DNA from: Felis catus
Lineage: Eukaryota
Direction: 5' to 3'
NCBI RefSeq assembly: GCF_018350175.1
Contig: NC_058368.1
Span: 234,610,001-234,674,000 of the forward strand
Length of the DNA: 64,000 nucleotides
Program-made: the position numbers and the translations under genes
Part shown: positions 1 through 12,879 of the stretch, one piece after another
Position numbering within the stretch: the first letter of the stretch is position 1
Layout: each line of letters begins with the position of its first letter
The notes under the pieces: generated by a model
Database searches by the model: none
What the model was told of the DNA's origin: nothing
The model's input: only the letters and a program-made list of their open reading frames with translations

Positions 1-166
1 ATAGCCGGGTCATGAGCAGGCAGTGTGGATGGCCGCTTATGCAAAGGGAAGGCACAGTTTCTGTTCTTTTGAGTTTGAGGCTTGGGGGGTGGGGAGTAAG
101 TAGTCTGCAACTTGGGTGACGGGTCACCAACAAAGATACTTTGATGCTGTATGTTTTTCTTCTTAG

Positions 167-265
167 AAATTTAAAAGCCTGTTGATTCAAGAACTTTCTA
201 AAGTATTCCCTGAAGACATGGCTAAATATCGAAGCATCCGAGGGGAGGACCACCCCCCTTCCTAA
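167..265 (+). CDS. MED10: Mediator subunit 10, terminal coding exon (KFKSLLIQELSKVFPEDMAKYRSIRGEDHPPS*)
   Basis: Pyrimidine tract and AG acceptor (ttttcttcttag, ending 166), then 32 codons matching the C-terminus of mammalian MED10 as I recall it, with TAA at 263-265. Too short for the ORF track. Confidence 0.95.
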   Translation, partial: KFKSLLIQELSKVFPEDMAKYRSIRGEDHPPS

Positions 266-820
266 CTTCACCGTCCTGCTTTCTGAAGACCCTCCTGGTC
301 TTGTGTGAGTCGCTGTGACCTTCAGGCAGGCTGGGACTGACCGCGGCACCAGTGTGGCTTTCTCGGGTCCGTCCTCCAGCCACCCTGTCCTCGTCCTTGG
401 CCCTGGGGGACGGTGGGGCCCGGAGGGCTGGCAGAGCTGTGCCCCCGGCTGCCCCTCTGTCCCCGATGTGCGTCTGTTCGGTCCCTGAGCTTTCAAATGG
501 CTGGGGATCGCACGTCTTTGAGTGCGATGCATTTAATTGTCCACAGCAGAGTAGTCTCGGGAATATTCGCTATAATGGTTAAATTAAGTTTTTAAAAATC
601 CACCTAATGGTTTTCTTTTTATGTGCTGTTTCTTTTCCATTTTACCATGGTTTCACACCTTAAAACAAAGAAAAATTGCTTTTATTTGAGCAATACTTTG
701 AGTTGGTTTTGTGTTTTATATTTTCAGTTATGGTGCATAAAGAATGTGTTCAGTGTAACCGTACATGGATTTCGATTAGACGTAAGCACATAATAAAGCC
801 TTTAAGTATTTACATGATGT
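266..820 (+). other. MED10: MED10 3' UTR (3' end approximate)
   Basis: Follows the stop codon; GC-rich proximal half, U-rich distal half, AATAAA at 792-797. Confidence 0.75.
792..797 (+). terminator. Canonical polyadenylation signal AATAAA
   Basis: AATAAA with U-rich upstream and U/GU-rich downstream sequence, ~530 nt after the MED10 stop. Confidence 0.75.
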
Positions 821-943
821 ATTCCGTGCAGTTATTTTTATAACATTTTATAGTGTAGTACAGTATATCTTGTAAACCGTCAACTGTTGCTTCCCCCAAA
901 GTGTGAGTAATATTCATACAATTTGTTCTCCAGGCAGAATTCT

Positions 944-1165
944 GGAGCCGCCTGGGGGCTCAGTCCGTGAAGTGTCTGACTCTTGGTTTTGGCTCCGGTC
1001 ACGATCTCAGTGTTTGTGAGATTGAGCCCTGTGTCGGGCTCTGCACTGACCGTGCAGGGCCTGCTTGGGATTCTATCTCTCCCTTTCCCTCTGTGCCCCT
1101 CCCCTGTTCGCCTGCATGCTCTCTCGCTCTCTTTCTCTCTCAAAATAAATAAACATTAAAAAATA
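944..1165 (+). mobile_element. Can-SINE (tRNA-derived, feliform type)
   Basis: gcctgggggctcagtc head, SINE body, (CT)-rich stretch and aaataaataaacattaaaaa tail. Confidence 0.9.
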
Positions 1166-1410
1166 CAGAGCAGCATTGTGATTTCCTGCAGCCGGTTTCC
1201 TAGAGGGTGTACCATCCTGAGAGAGGCGGCTTCACGGACACCAGTGAAATGGCCCAGGGCTGTGCCTTTCAGCCGCAGGATGTGCAGGTCCCGGGAGCCT
1301 GGTTCCTCGTAAACTCGGGCGATTCTCCTGGGGCAGGACAGCGGCCGTGAGGAGGGATCCTTGGAGTGGGATGAGCACTGAACACAGGGACCTGCTCCGG
1401 AACGTCTGCC

Positions 1411-1523
1411 TGTGCCCTGGGAGTTTTGTGTGGCTGCTGAAACAGAGCGCCACAAACCGGGTGGCTTAAAACAATGGAGGCTGAGCTTCTGGTTCCAGAG
1501 ACCGGAAATCAAGGTGTTGGCAG

Positions 1524-1557
<34 letters not shown>

Positions 1558-1828
1558 CGGGGCGGGTCCTACCCGCCTCCCGCGGGGTTCTGGTGGCTCC
1601 GGGTGCTCCTGAGGCAGCGCTGCCCCGATCTGCGCCTGTGTTCACGTGGCTCTGTCTTCTCCACGTGTCTCCCCCGTCTCTCCCAGTGATGTTTGTTGCT
1701 GGGCTTAGGTCCCACCTGGACAATCCAGGTCCAGAATCTTAATCGCACCTGCGAAGACTTTCAAAATAAGGTGACATTCACAGGGTCCAAGGGGACACAC
1801 CTTCCTGGGGGCCACCACTCACCCACAC
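1411..1828 (-). mobile_element. MaLR solo LTR remnant (MLT1 family) with an internal 33-nt poly-G
   Basis: ccacaaaccgggtggcttaaaacaa, aaatcaaggtgttggcag and caaaataaggtgacattcacagg match the reverse MLT1 consensus; G-run at 1525-1557. Confidence 0.7.
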
Positions 1829-2174
1829 GGTGCCCTGTTTGGCAGGTCCGGCCGTCAAGTGCCCTGGCTTTGCTGCTGGGGGGCTGCCGTGTCTGCACCC
1901 CCAGATCCGCTCAAAGCGGGCTGCTGCCTGCGTGACTGCCTGATGAGCCCGTCACCTGGGGCCACGGGCCACAAATTGAGTTTGAAGCTGCGGGCTGGTG
2001 AAGACGGTGAAGCTATGTGTGTCTAGGTGGAGACAGAATGATACTTTTTCCTTCTTCCGTAAGATCTTTTTCTACGTTTTGAAAGCCAATACTAAGTTGT
2101 GCAAAAAAGGAAGACACAGGCATTATGGTTTGGGGACGAGGAAGCAGCATTGTGGGTGACGGTGGTGGAAGTTA

Positions 2175-2350
2175 CAGAGACCCAGATACAGGCACATACA
2201 CATGGATCCAGACACACACACACACACACGGACCCACACAGGCACATGCACACGGATCCAGACAGACACAGACGCACAGACACACACACACAGAAGCACG
2301 TACACACAGATCCAGACGGACGTGGCCGCGTGCATTGACACAGACACGTC
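2175..2350. repeat. CA-rich low-complexity repeat
   Basis: Imperfect (CA)n with recurring gatccaga/gacccaca motifs. Confidence 0.7.
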
Positions 2351-2785
2351 AGTGACGACTGCATTAGTGCAGGTGTGCTGGGGCCGGGGCGGGGGGTGCG
2401 AGGGAAGGCAGTGTGTGAAAAGGCAGTGACTGGAGCCCAGCTGCAGCTTGGGGGAGCTTTGGGATCCTGAGGACGGAGGCTCCGGAAGGGCACTGCAGCC
2501 TCCGTGGCAGCCTTGGGAAGCCCTGTGTCACGCCCACGGGAGGAACGGTAGCGTGAAGTGACCAAAGCCACACTTCCTCATCTGGGTGCGGAGCCTGCCG
2601 GCCTTCTCCTGAGCGGAGGACCTGTCCTCTCTGGTGGCACGTGCCGTGCCAGCTCCCACCGGTTCTTTATGTGAGTACGGCCTCCCAAAGCAGACATTTA
2701 AAATGGGTTCCGATTTTTGGGTAAGTGCGCTGCAAACACAGAGAGACGGGACGCACACGTCCATTTAATTGTAAGACACGTTGGA

Positions 2786-2990
2786 GGGCGCCTGGGTGGC
2801 CCAGTCGGTTAAGCGTCTGACTCTTGATTTCGGCTCAGGTCATGATCTCGGGTTTGTGAGATCCAGCCTCGCATCGGGCTCTGCTCTGACCTTGCAGAGC
2901 CTGCTCGGGTTTCCCTGTCTCCCTCGCTCTCTGCCCCTCCCCTGCCTGCAGTCTCTCCGTCCCTCTCAAAATAAACAAACAAACTTAAAC
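2786..2990 (+). mobile_element. Can-SINE, full length, with target-site duplication
   Basis: gggcgcctgggtggcccagtcggttaagcgtc head and A-rich tail; CACGTTGGA at 2777-2785 and 2991-2999. Confidence 0.92.
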
Positions 2991-4439
2991 CACGTTGGAA
3001 GTACAGGCAGAGGACAGCTCTAAATCACCGGCCATCGTTTTGGGCTTTAGTTCCATCTGTGCGCGGGATTGCATCCTGCCTCATCCACCAGTGACGGGAG
3101 GGGAGGGCCACCTGCATAGGAACCGTCTGGGTCACAAGCGGACTAAATGGTGGCACAGTGCCGTCCCAAGCCTGACCTCTAATCTGGTGCTCAGGAGCAG
3201 AGGGCTGTGTTACTGACCTGACGTGGTAGCAGCCTTGAGTATCAGTGGGGCGGGAACGAGCCTCGTCGGGGGCCGGCTGACGATGGCCTGTGCTGTGGGG
3301 CTGCAGAAGGAGGGACGGGGCCAGCCCTGTCCTTCTGGTCTTTGCACTGGAGGGTTGGTTTTCACCACATGGACTCAGGAGCTCAACTTGGACTTAAAAA
3401 TGATTCCTCCAAAGGAGGTGAAGTCTGTTGGGTTCGGGGTGTCCGAGATGAACCGCTTGGAGGCATTCTTGGGAACCCTGCCCCATCCCACCGGGAGCCT
3501 TGTGGAGGCCTGGGTGTGTGGGCACCCCGGTGGCCCTGCCCGCCCCACATCAGGCCGTCCCACGGTGCCAGGCGTTGAGGCAGAGGGCTGGCCTCCAGAC
3601 ACACACTGCGGAGGGGATCTGGCTGCCGCCGACTTTGGGAGCGCGAGAGCGCGTGGCCACAGACCCCACGGAGAAAACAAAGCTGTTGCCCCTCCAAGCC
3701 TGCGTGGTGGCAGGGATGGCTGATGGGGATCAATCACTGACTGTCCTCTCCTTTCACCCTCAGGCCACATTCGCGAGGCCTCTCTCATTCCCGCTGAGAG
3801 GGTTAGTGAACCTGGGACAGAAGGTGTGTTCCTAGGGTCTTGTACCCCCCAGGGGGTCTGTGCTCAGAGGCCACCGGTGAGGGGACCAGTGTGCTGCAGG
3901 AGAGGTGCTGGGGACAGTGGGCAGGACTTGGCCGGGGCTCCCAGGGAGGAGTGAAAAGACGCGGTGGGGACGTGCCTGCCGGCCTGTGCAGCCAGTAATG
4001 CCTTCTGTTTGCAGGAACTCCGATTGCCTCGTGCACCTGGAACCACCCCCCCCCCCCCCCCAAGGCCGGCCAGTGCCGCTCTCGCTGCTGGCATGGAGGG
4101 GAATGTGCTCGGACAGTTGTTCAGGAGGGGCGTGGGCAGGGCGGTGGGTGCCGGTTGTGGTCCGTGGTCCCCGATCCGTGCCACGCGGAAGGCACCGTCT
4201 GTCCTGGCTCTGGAAGAGCCACGCAGGGAGCAGGGACCTCAAGGAACCCCACCGGGGGTGTTCCAGGCCCAGATCTGCAATTCGGTGTCGATGGTGGCCC
4301 CTAAGTCACAGAGGTAGCCAAAATAATAACCGTAGGATTCCCGTGGGTCTAACGATAGACGTGCAAATACGTGTGTGCCCGCCTGCGTTTCTACACTGTG
4401 TGATGCATCACGAGCACCATGTGTATACAGACACACGCG

Positions 4440-4808
4440 TGCATGTACGTATACACGTCCATAGAGTCCCCACCCCCTCCAAATCCACATGTCCTAACCG
4501 CCAGTGTGGCTGTATTTAGAGATGGGACCTCCGAGGACGTTAAGTACGGTTAAGTGAGGTCGTAGTGTGGGGTCCTAATCAAATAGGATCGACGGCACCA
4601 GAGGAAGAAGAGGAAGGACGCTGGCGGGCTTGAAAGTCCACGTGGGGACACGGCAGGGACAGGGGGCCGTCTACAATGCACCAGGACCCGACCTCGGCAG
4701 CCCCATTGCCGACCTCTAGCCTCCAGAGCCGTGAGGAGCGGATGCCAGAGGTTGAAGCCGTCCGCCTGTGGTGCTTTGTTGGCAGCAGCTGAGCTGGCCG
4801 GGACACAC
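4440..4808 (+). mobile_element. MaLR solo LTR (MLT1A-like), GC-shifted
   Basis: gtgtggctgtatttagagatggg, gttaagtgaggtc, ggtcctaatc, tagcctccagagccgtgag and ctgtggtgctttgtt occur in MLT1 consensus order. Confidence 0.7.
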
Positions 4809-5024
4809 CCGTGCACTCTGTGCTTGGGACACGACAGCTTATCCATCTGCAGACCAAGACCAACCGACCGATAATGATCAGTCAATAAAGAGTCACACAC
4901 TTTTATGATTTCTCTGTTAAATTTTACTTAGTCTGATTGCTAGTCTCGGTTCCCAGAGCCACTGTCTGATTATTTTGCCCATCACACCCAGCTCGTCCAC
5001 GCAGTGGGGTGCTTTACACTGGCT

Positions 5025-5316
5025 GGAGGAGGGGGAGGGGGGAGGGGGGAGGGGGGAGGAGGAGGAGGAAGAAGAGGGTGGTGGGGGAGGGGCAGGGGGA
5101 AGGGGAGGAGGAGTAGGAAGCAGAGGAGGAGGAGGAGGAGGAGGAGGAGGAAGAGGGTGGTTGGGGGAGGAGGGGGAGGAGGAGGGGGAAGAAGAGGGAG
5201 GTGGGGGAGGAGGGGGAAGGGGAGGAGGAGGAGGAAGGGGAGGAGGAGGAGGGGAAGGGGAGGAGGGGGAGGAGGAGGAGAGGGAAGGGGAGGGGGAGGA
5301 GGAGGAGGAGGAAGAG
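5025..5316. repeat. Polypurine (GGA)n/G-rich low-complexity tract, ~290 bp
   Basis: Almost exclusively G and A; explains the poly-Gly/Glu/Pro ORFs here. Confidence 0.95.
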
Positions 5317-8300
5317 TGTGGTCCCATGGCATCTCCACCGCGGGCAACCACAGCCTGCTTGGAGAAGACAAGACTCAGGTCCTTTGTTATCTTCTTGGAG
5401 CTTTTCCAGCCTAGACACGCAGTCTGGGCAGAAGGGAGACAGACTGCTCCTCGAGGTGGGCACAGACCAATGGGGGGCACAAGAGCTGTCTTCTTTGCCA
5501 TTTTTGGTGGGGGGGGGGCGCCGTTAGGATAATGAGGGTGGGAAGGGAGGCCAGCCTCGCTCTGCAGCTGAACACACACAGGCTGAGGAAACAAGGGATG
5601 TGCTGACGGAATATTTATTCCTGGCTTTATTTATAGCATCGTCTGGTGCAGAATCAGAAATCCGCTAAGCAGCAGATAGGTGGGGCCGTCCCTCCCGTGT
5701 CCCGCCGCTGCTGGCACTTTGTGGGCTCTGGGGCTTCGTTTCCTCCCGCAGCCCTGACCCGTGTTCTGCTCCGACTCCCGCAGTCCGGTCGTCGGGTTCT
5801 GTGGCCGAGTTACAGTCTGCGAGGCCTTTTACTGCCCGGTAAACGAAGAAGGGACTCGTGTGCGAGAGAAGCCGGATTGTGAGAATCTGTCTTTCAGGAG
5901 GGCTTTCCCACCTTTCCATTTTTGTTGGGGAATGGTGTCTCACCTGGGCTGGGATTTCTCACTAGGACCCAGAGGCATTTACTTTGTCCACTTTCTTTTC
6001 AAGTTTCAAAGGCTTTTAGGGCATGAGCAATCTTAGGTAGAATAATGGCACCAATAATGCTTTAAAACTTACAGTGTTGTATAACTTATCTCATTGGATA
6101 ATTGCAATATACATTGAAAATAACTACGTACGCGTGTGCGTGTATAATTTCATTGCTTTCATTTTGTTAGTTTTATTTGGTTGCCATCATTATTAGCCTC
6201 TATCACTCTTACAGGTGTGTAGGCAGCACATTAGGGAAGGTTCAGCTAACAATTGTGAAAAAAGATGGGGCTTAGATTTCTTTCTCCCGTGGCAAGCGAT
6301 TTGAAGTTGTCTGCCCAGAGCAGCTACAGCCCCTCCCAAGCATTAACCAGGCTCCACAGCCATACATCTTTGTCAATGCCACTTGTAGCAAATGGTCTTG
6401 CCTTCACATCACAAGATGGCTGCTCTCCCTCCGGGCACAGCGACTGCATTCCAGGCAGGGAGAACGTAGAAGAGGAATGGGCAAAGGGTGACAGAAAGAC
6501 CGCGACCGCGGAGGCCTCGCCGTTTCATTCTGGAGGAACTGTGTCCTTGAGGGGCTTGTACCGCGTCTCATTGGCCAGGATGGTGTCTCTTGGGCACCCC
6601 GAATCGCGAGGGTGGCGAGGGGATCTAGATCTTAGCTTTTACGGCCTGTAGGGCAGAGGCAGGCCAGGAGGGAGGGGACTGGGAAAGGGAGCTGTCAGGT
6701 GACCTACAGGGCCCCTTCTGGCACATTCAGGACATGAGACCTGGATTTCCAGGTAGCAGGTGCTGACGTCGATTCTTTCCCGCAGAAGCTTACTTGTAGG
6801 GGTAACTTAAGGCCAAAACCTTAAATTTCGTGGAAGTAAATTTAGATCCCAGATGCAGCGCTAGGAGTGTTTCAAGTTTAGTTTACTTGGCGCACACGTG
6901 GTGTCTTTTGTATTACGAGCCGCAGGTACAAAGCTACGTGTGGTCCCGCTGCGTGGACAGCGTGTGGAAGGAGAAGGGGCAGGATGCAGGGCCCTCCCCA
7001 GGCTCATCCCGGGCGCCGGGGGATAATCTGGACGCCAGAGATCAAGAGCAGGTGGAGCCTGTGACCCACTTCTCCTTTCGCCAGGGAGCTGAGTGGCCTC
7101 GGCAGTGCCTTGCCCCAGGTCCTTGTCACGCCTCTGACCCGGCTTCACCGTCGTCCCTGCCCGTGTGGTCCTTCTTAGTGGCTCCAGAGGCCGCCGCGGC
7201 CAGTGCTGGCTCTGGTCCTCCAAGGCCAGGTGGAGGAGCCCCGGGTCCCTGAGCTGCAAGAGCCTTGGGTGCCCCGTGGTTCTAAAGCGTCCTGCAGCTG
7301 GAGGGGGCGGGGGAGGGGAAGCGGGGGCCTGGGGAGCGTGGGGACAGCCATCGGCCTCTTCAGAGCCCACTGCCCCACGCGTTCCCCGCTTCTCCCCAAC
7401 ATCTGCCGTCACCTCTTCCACGTCCTTGTGTTCTCCCTTCTCCAGGCTGGGTTCCTGCAGGGTCTGCTGCCCTCCAGCCCCACCCCTGCCCCGCTTCTTC
7501 CGGCGAAGGCCCTGAGCTCTGTCCAGACCGTCTCAGCTGCCCTCCTAGGGAGGCGCCGAGTGTGAGATGCGCTCAGGATGAAGGAGAGACTGGTCTTTTC
7601 CGCCCCGTCCTCCCTTCCCGCCCTCTCTGTGTGCTACCCCAGGCGACACTGCAGGACCCTTCTGTTAACTGGGCGGGGCCCCACATTCGGGGACCTGTGC
7701 ACGTATTGTAGCCTGTGGGCATCCCGTGTGTGCCGAGGCATTTATGAATTTGCGAGTGTGTGCAGATGGGAGCGTTTAGTGTCCCAAAGGGAGGCTAACA
7801 CGGCTGTCGGCGGATTTAATCAAAGGAAGCAGCTGGGGCCCCGGCAGAGAGCAGAACAGGAGATGGGCCTTTCATGTAAACTGTCTTCTGACCTCTTTAA
7901 GTTCGAGATGGGCGTGGAAAGCCGAAGGCCCGTCTTCAGCGTATATCCTGCCCCACGGTGAAGCCGACGGCGTTGCAGGAGCAAATGGAGGCCGTCATTA
8001 CTGTTATTAATAACCGTTTACTCACCGTGCGCAGTGTGCAGCCAGGCTCTTCGCACAGAGCATCGCGGCCTCCCCACATAGAGAAGGCGGGCCACGCGGT
8101 ATCGATCTGGACCGGTTTTTCTTCCTGCGTCTCGTGTTAAGCTTCAGCGGTCTTGTTTGTACAAGTGTACAGCAAGCGAAATCAGAGAGCGTGCTTAGCG
8201 CTGTTATCTCACGTGCTTGTTTTCCACCTTGAAAAATGCAGGCAGTACGGTGTGAATGGCATATTCCAGCCCCCAGCTTATTAAATCCAGATACCTTCCC

Positions 8301-8356
8301 GGCAACCACAGATGCTCTAAGTACACGTCCACGCTTCTCCTCATACAGAAGCATGT

Positions 8357-8545
8357 GTGGGTGGCTCAGTCGGTTAAGCGTCCGACTTCGGCTCAGGTCA
8401 TGATCTCACGGGTCGTGACTTGGAGCCCCGCGAAGCGCTCCCTACTGTCAGCACAGAGCTCCCTTTGGATTCTCTGTCCCCACCCCCCCGCCCCCCTGCT
8501 CGCGCTCTCTTTCTCTCTCTCAAAATAAACAAACTTCAAAAAATA
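8357..8545 (+). mobile_element. Can-SINE
   Basis: gggtggctcagtcggttaagcgtccgacttcggctcaggtcatgatctc head and caaaataaacaaac tail. Confidence 0.9.
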
Positions 8546-11500
8546 CAAACAGGATCACATTATACACACTGTTCAGCATCTCACTGTTTTTACTTACAGT
8601 ATCTCTGGAGATGCCCTCCCGTCAGCATGTGAGGGGCCACCTCAGGCTGGCACCAGAGCCTTGTCCCCAGGATGCGCTGCCCGGCACCCACACTGTCTCC
8701 GTCGGGTGGTCCTTGGGCCCTTCTGTCTCAGCTGTAGCACAGATACCACAGGATGCACCTTTGTTCAGCACCGACGACATCGGAGGGTATCCCTTGAGAT
8801 TAATTTCTTGAAGGGGAGTTGCACGTATATACATTTTCATAATTATTGCCAGATTGCTAGCCAGAGAGAGGCCCCGAGTAGGTCTCCCAGCGTGGAGCTC
8901 GGAAGCCCTGAGCCGGGACTGACCTCCGAGTGGCTGAGCACCTGTTCTCTGGACCCTCTGCACAGGCGGGCAGACCTCCAAAGCTCAAGGTCTTCTGGGT
9001 GTCCTTCCAGCGGTCGTGTACGTGTGCCGAGGCCGTGTGCGTGCTCGCTCCCTTAATCCCCCAAATAGTCCGGAAAATCTCCCCGGGCTGGGACGTGTGG
9101 GTCCCGGGAGCACTGGAAGTGCTTGGGGAGGTGCAGGCCCCACAGCGATGGCCGTGTCCGGCCAAGGAAATCAGAGATGTGTCCCCTTCTCGCCTTCCAG
9201 ACACGGGCGTCCACGTTCATGCAGGAGGCCGGCTGGGGAGGAGGGATGCAGACCCCGAACAAGCCGGCCCCGACTCTTGTGTGGCTCGGAGGCCGTGGTT
9301 GGAACAAGGGGAAGGGTGGCTCTGTGTGCACTTGGCCGGCTCATGCCAAGGTCAGTACGTCCATTTCTGCTTTCAAATAGCTTCAGTGCACCCCTGGTCA
9401 GAAATACAGTTTACATCCCCTTCCAGGACCACCTACCCAAAGCTTCACAGAATCATAACTACTTTGGCCATACGTGTGAGCTTTGACCTACCCGATCCTC
9501 CCCTTCCCCTCCCTTCCCCTCCCCTCCTTTCTTTCTCCTTCTCTTCCCAGAAGCAATGGTGATCCACTAAATTGGGTTCACAGCCCATGGAGGGGCCCCT
9601 ACCTGCCGGGGGAAAAGTATGCTGTGCTCCCCCAGTGTTCTTGTGATGAGAGGCGCAGTGTTGATTCAAGCCACCCAAGGTTAAAAACGGCTGAATCTCA
9701 CCGCTCTGTCATCAGTCCTCTGTCCTCACGCATGTCTGCCCCTGCCGTTTGGCCTTCCTCCGGCCAGCTGGCCTTGGTTGACCCATGGCTGGGTGCCCTG
9801 CATAGGTCTGACATGAAGGAGGCCCTGTGGGCCCAGAGTGACGCTCTCGGACCTGGTGGCTCCTTCCCCCATCTGTGTGACGTCTGCAAGGAATGGGCTG
9901 TGGATCAGACGGTCACCCAGGGCACAGGTGAGAGGTCCGTGCATGTGGAAGGCTTCTTCCCAGGAAGGGTGAGGAGGAGGAAGAGAAGGACACTGACACT
10001 GAAGGAAGGTTATTGTCACAACGGTTCTGTCCTCCCCACTTGGCCATGGAAGCGGATCCGGAGAAGCTGAGTCCCGGCCGAGGGCCCAGGCCGGCGGAAC
10101 TGGCTTGGAGCTGGGCTGCCTTGCCCCAAGCTGGAGAGCTGGCTGCGGCTGTCCACGGAAGGCTGTCCTTCCGTGGACAGCCCTTTTCCTCTGTAGCTGC
10201 TGGTGTGGCTCTGGCCGTGTAGTAGGCACCGGTCGGGCTGTGGACAGCCCGGGAACATGCCGTGCGCGTGGCCTTTCAGAGCGGCCTGCTGGCACCACGG
10301 AGCCGGGAGAGGTCCGTTTCTTTTGGGAGCAAAGCAGCGCCGATCTGTAACCACACTCTTGGAAATGGGACACTGCCCTCTAAGGACACCTCATTTGACC
10401 GGACGGCCGCCTGTCCCCGAAGATGTCCTCTGAGGTGGGCAGCCCACGACCGGCCTCCTGCAGCCCCTGTCCTCTCCACCCTCTCGGCACATGGCTCCTA
10501 CCCCTGGAGTTGGCGGGGGGGGGGTCATGGCAGATGGAGCCCTCGGGAACCGCTCGCTCAGACGGAGGAGGCTGAGGTCCAGAGGGGCTTTGCAAAAAGA
10601 GCTCTGGGATGGATGCTGGGATGTTGTCTCTCAAGATCGCTGTGAAGAGGTGAGTGATCCCAGCCGTAGGAGCGGAAGGTAAAGGAGTAGGACGGAGAAG
10701 GAGCAGGGAGAGAGACTGCTTCCGGGAGACTGCTTCCGGTCCTGGGCCAGGGCCTCATGGGAGGCGAAATCCTGTGCTTACATCCCCAGGCTTTCGCGGG
10801 GCACGAGACGTGGAGCGCGCTGCCACCGGACCAGCCACGAGCAAGCTTCTCAGCTCCCGTGTCTTCCTCGAGGGCCGTTAATGATACGGATCTGAGATAC
10901 TTTGAGGTTCCCCTCTCAGTCGCTGCGACTTGAACTACGTACGTCTTACCCGAAGCTCCTCTCCGTTCTCTAAACGTCTGTTTGGTTTCAGCTGAAGACC
11001 AAATGTTGGAATTCTCCTTTCTCTTGATTTCTAGTGTCAGTGACCCCAGTGTGGATCACTCCTCCCCCGTTGTCTTCCACCCACGCACCGTCTCACTATG
11101 CCCTGGCTGCTGTCTTCCCAGCCAGGGCTAAAATGTTAGAGATGGTCACCATTGCCGGGGTCCCGCAAAGCCGTGATGCCTTCTAAACTCCGTATCTCTG
11201 ATGGGCCGGGGTCCCTTTAGTTTTGAAGGAATCCATTCTCAAAACTTTGGAGATGGAAAGTTATTGGTACCTAGAGCTGGAAGAAGCCTGGGCCTTCAGG
11301 TGGCAGGGACCACGACTGCTTTTGCCGAGAACCCTCCGCAGAGGAGCGTCAGTGTCCCCAGGGCCTCTCTGTGAGCGCCAAGGGAAGAACTTGGTCCGTC
11401 CCCAGGCCACCCCCTCCTTCCACCTCTGAACGATGGATTGTCAGAAAGTTCTCTTATGTGGTGACCAAGTGTGTTTGCCTGCAGCTTTCCTCTGGTGGTT

Positions 11501-11600
11501 TCAGTTTTGCTCTCCCTGGAACAAGATAGCCGTATGTCTACTGACAGTTCCAATATAATGTATTTTGGGGTTGTCTCAGTAACTTTCCATTTGAGTGAAC

Positions 11601-12830
11601 TTCTATCTATCCATCCATCCATCCATCCATCCGTCTTTTATTTATCTACCTATCCATCCATCCATTCATCTGTTATCTATCGTATGTCTATTTATCTATC
11701 TATCCATCCATTATCCATCCATCCATTCATCCATCCATCCATCCATCTGTCCATCTGTTATCTATCATCTATCAATTGTCTATCTATCATCTGTCTCTCC
11801 ATCCATTATCCATCCATCTATTCATCCATCCATCCGTCCATCTGTTATCTATCATCTATCAATTATCTATCTATCAATCATCTATTATATATCGATGGGC
11901 TATCTACCATCTATCAATTGTCTATCTATCATCTATCTATCCATCCATTATCCATCTATCCATTCATCTATCCATCCATTTGTCCATCTGTTATCTATCA
12001 TCTATCAATTATCTATCAATCATCTATTATATATTGATGGGCTATCATCTATCAATTGTTTATCTATCTATCCATCCATTATCCATCCATCATCCATCCA
12101 TCCATTCATCCATCCATCCATCTGTCCATCTGTTATCTATCATCTATCAATTATCTATCAATCACCTATTATATATCGATAGGCTATCTATCATCTATCA
12201 ATTGTCTATCATCTATCTATCTATCTGTCCATTATCCATCCATCCATGCATCTATCCATCCATCTGTCCATCTGTTATCTATCGTCTATCAATTATCAAT
12301 CATCTATTATATATCGATGGGCTATCTATCATCTATCAATTGTTCATCCATTATCCATCCATCCATCCATCTGTCCATCTGTTATCTATCATCTATCAAT
12401 TGTCTATCTATCATCTGTCTCTCCATCCATTATCCATCCATCTATTCATCCATCCATCCGTCCATCTGTTATCTATCATCTATCAATTATCTACCTATCA
12501 ATCATCTATTATATATCGATGGGCTATCTACCATCTATCAATTGTCTATCTATCATCTGTCTATCTATCCATCCATTATCCATCCATCCATTCATCTATC
12601 CATCCATTTGTCCATCTGTTATCTATCATCTATCAATTATCTATCAATCATCTATTATATATTGATGGGCTATCATCTATCAATTGTTTATCTATCCATC
12701 CATTATCCATCCATCATCCATCCATCCATTCATCCATCCATCTGTCCATCTGTTATCTATCACCTATCAATCATCTGTCAATCATCTATTATATATCGAT
12801 GGGCTATCTATCATCTATCAATCGTCTATC

Positions 12831-12872
<42 letters not shown>
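11601..12872. repeat. Complex (TCTA/TCCA)n-derived tandem repeat with higher-order structure, ending in (CT)n
   Basis: Tetranucleotide matrix with an attatatatcgatgggctatc-like cassette recurring seven times. Confidence 0.95.
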
Positions 12873-12878
<6 letters not shown>

Positions 12879-12879
12879 A

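Noticed and set aside
4917..5594. Poly-Pro/Gly/Glu ORFs
   Set aside because: Low-complexity GGA tract.
8764..8783. TTCAGCACC RE1 left half-site
   Set aside because: The right half reads CGACAT rather than GGACAG; too weak.
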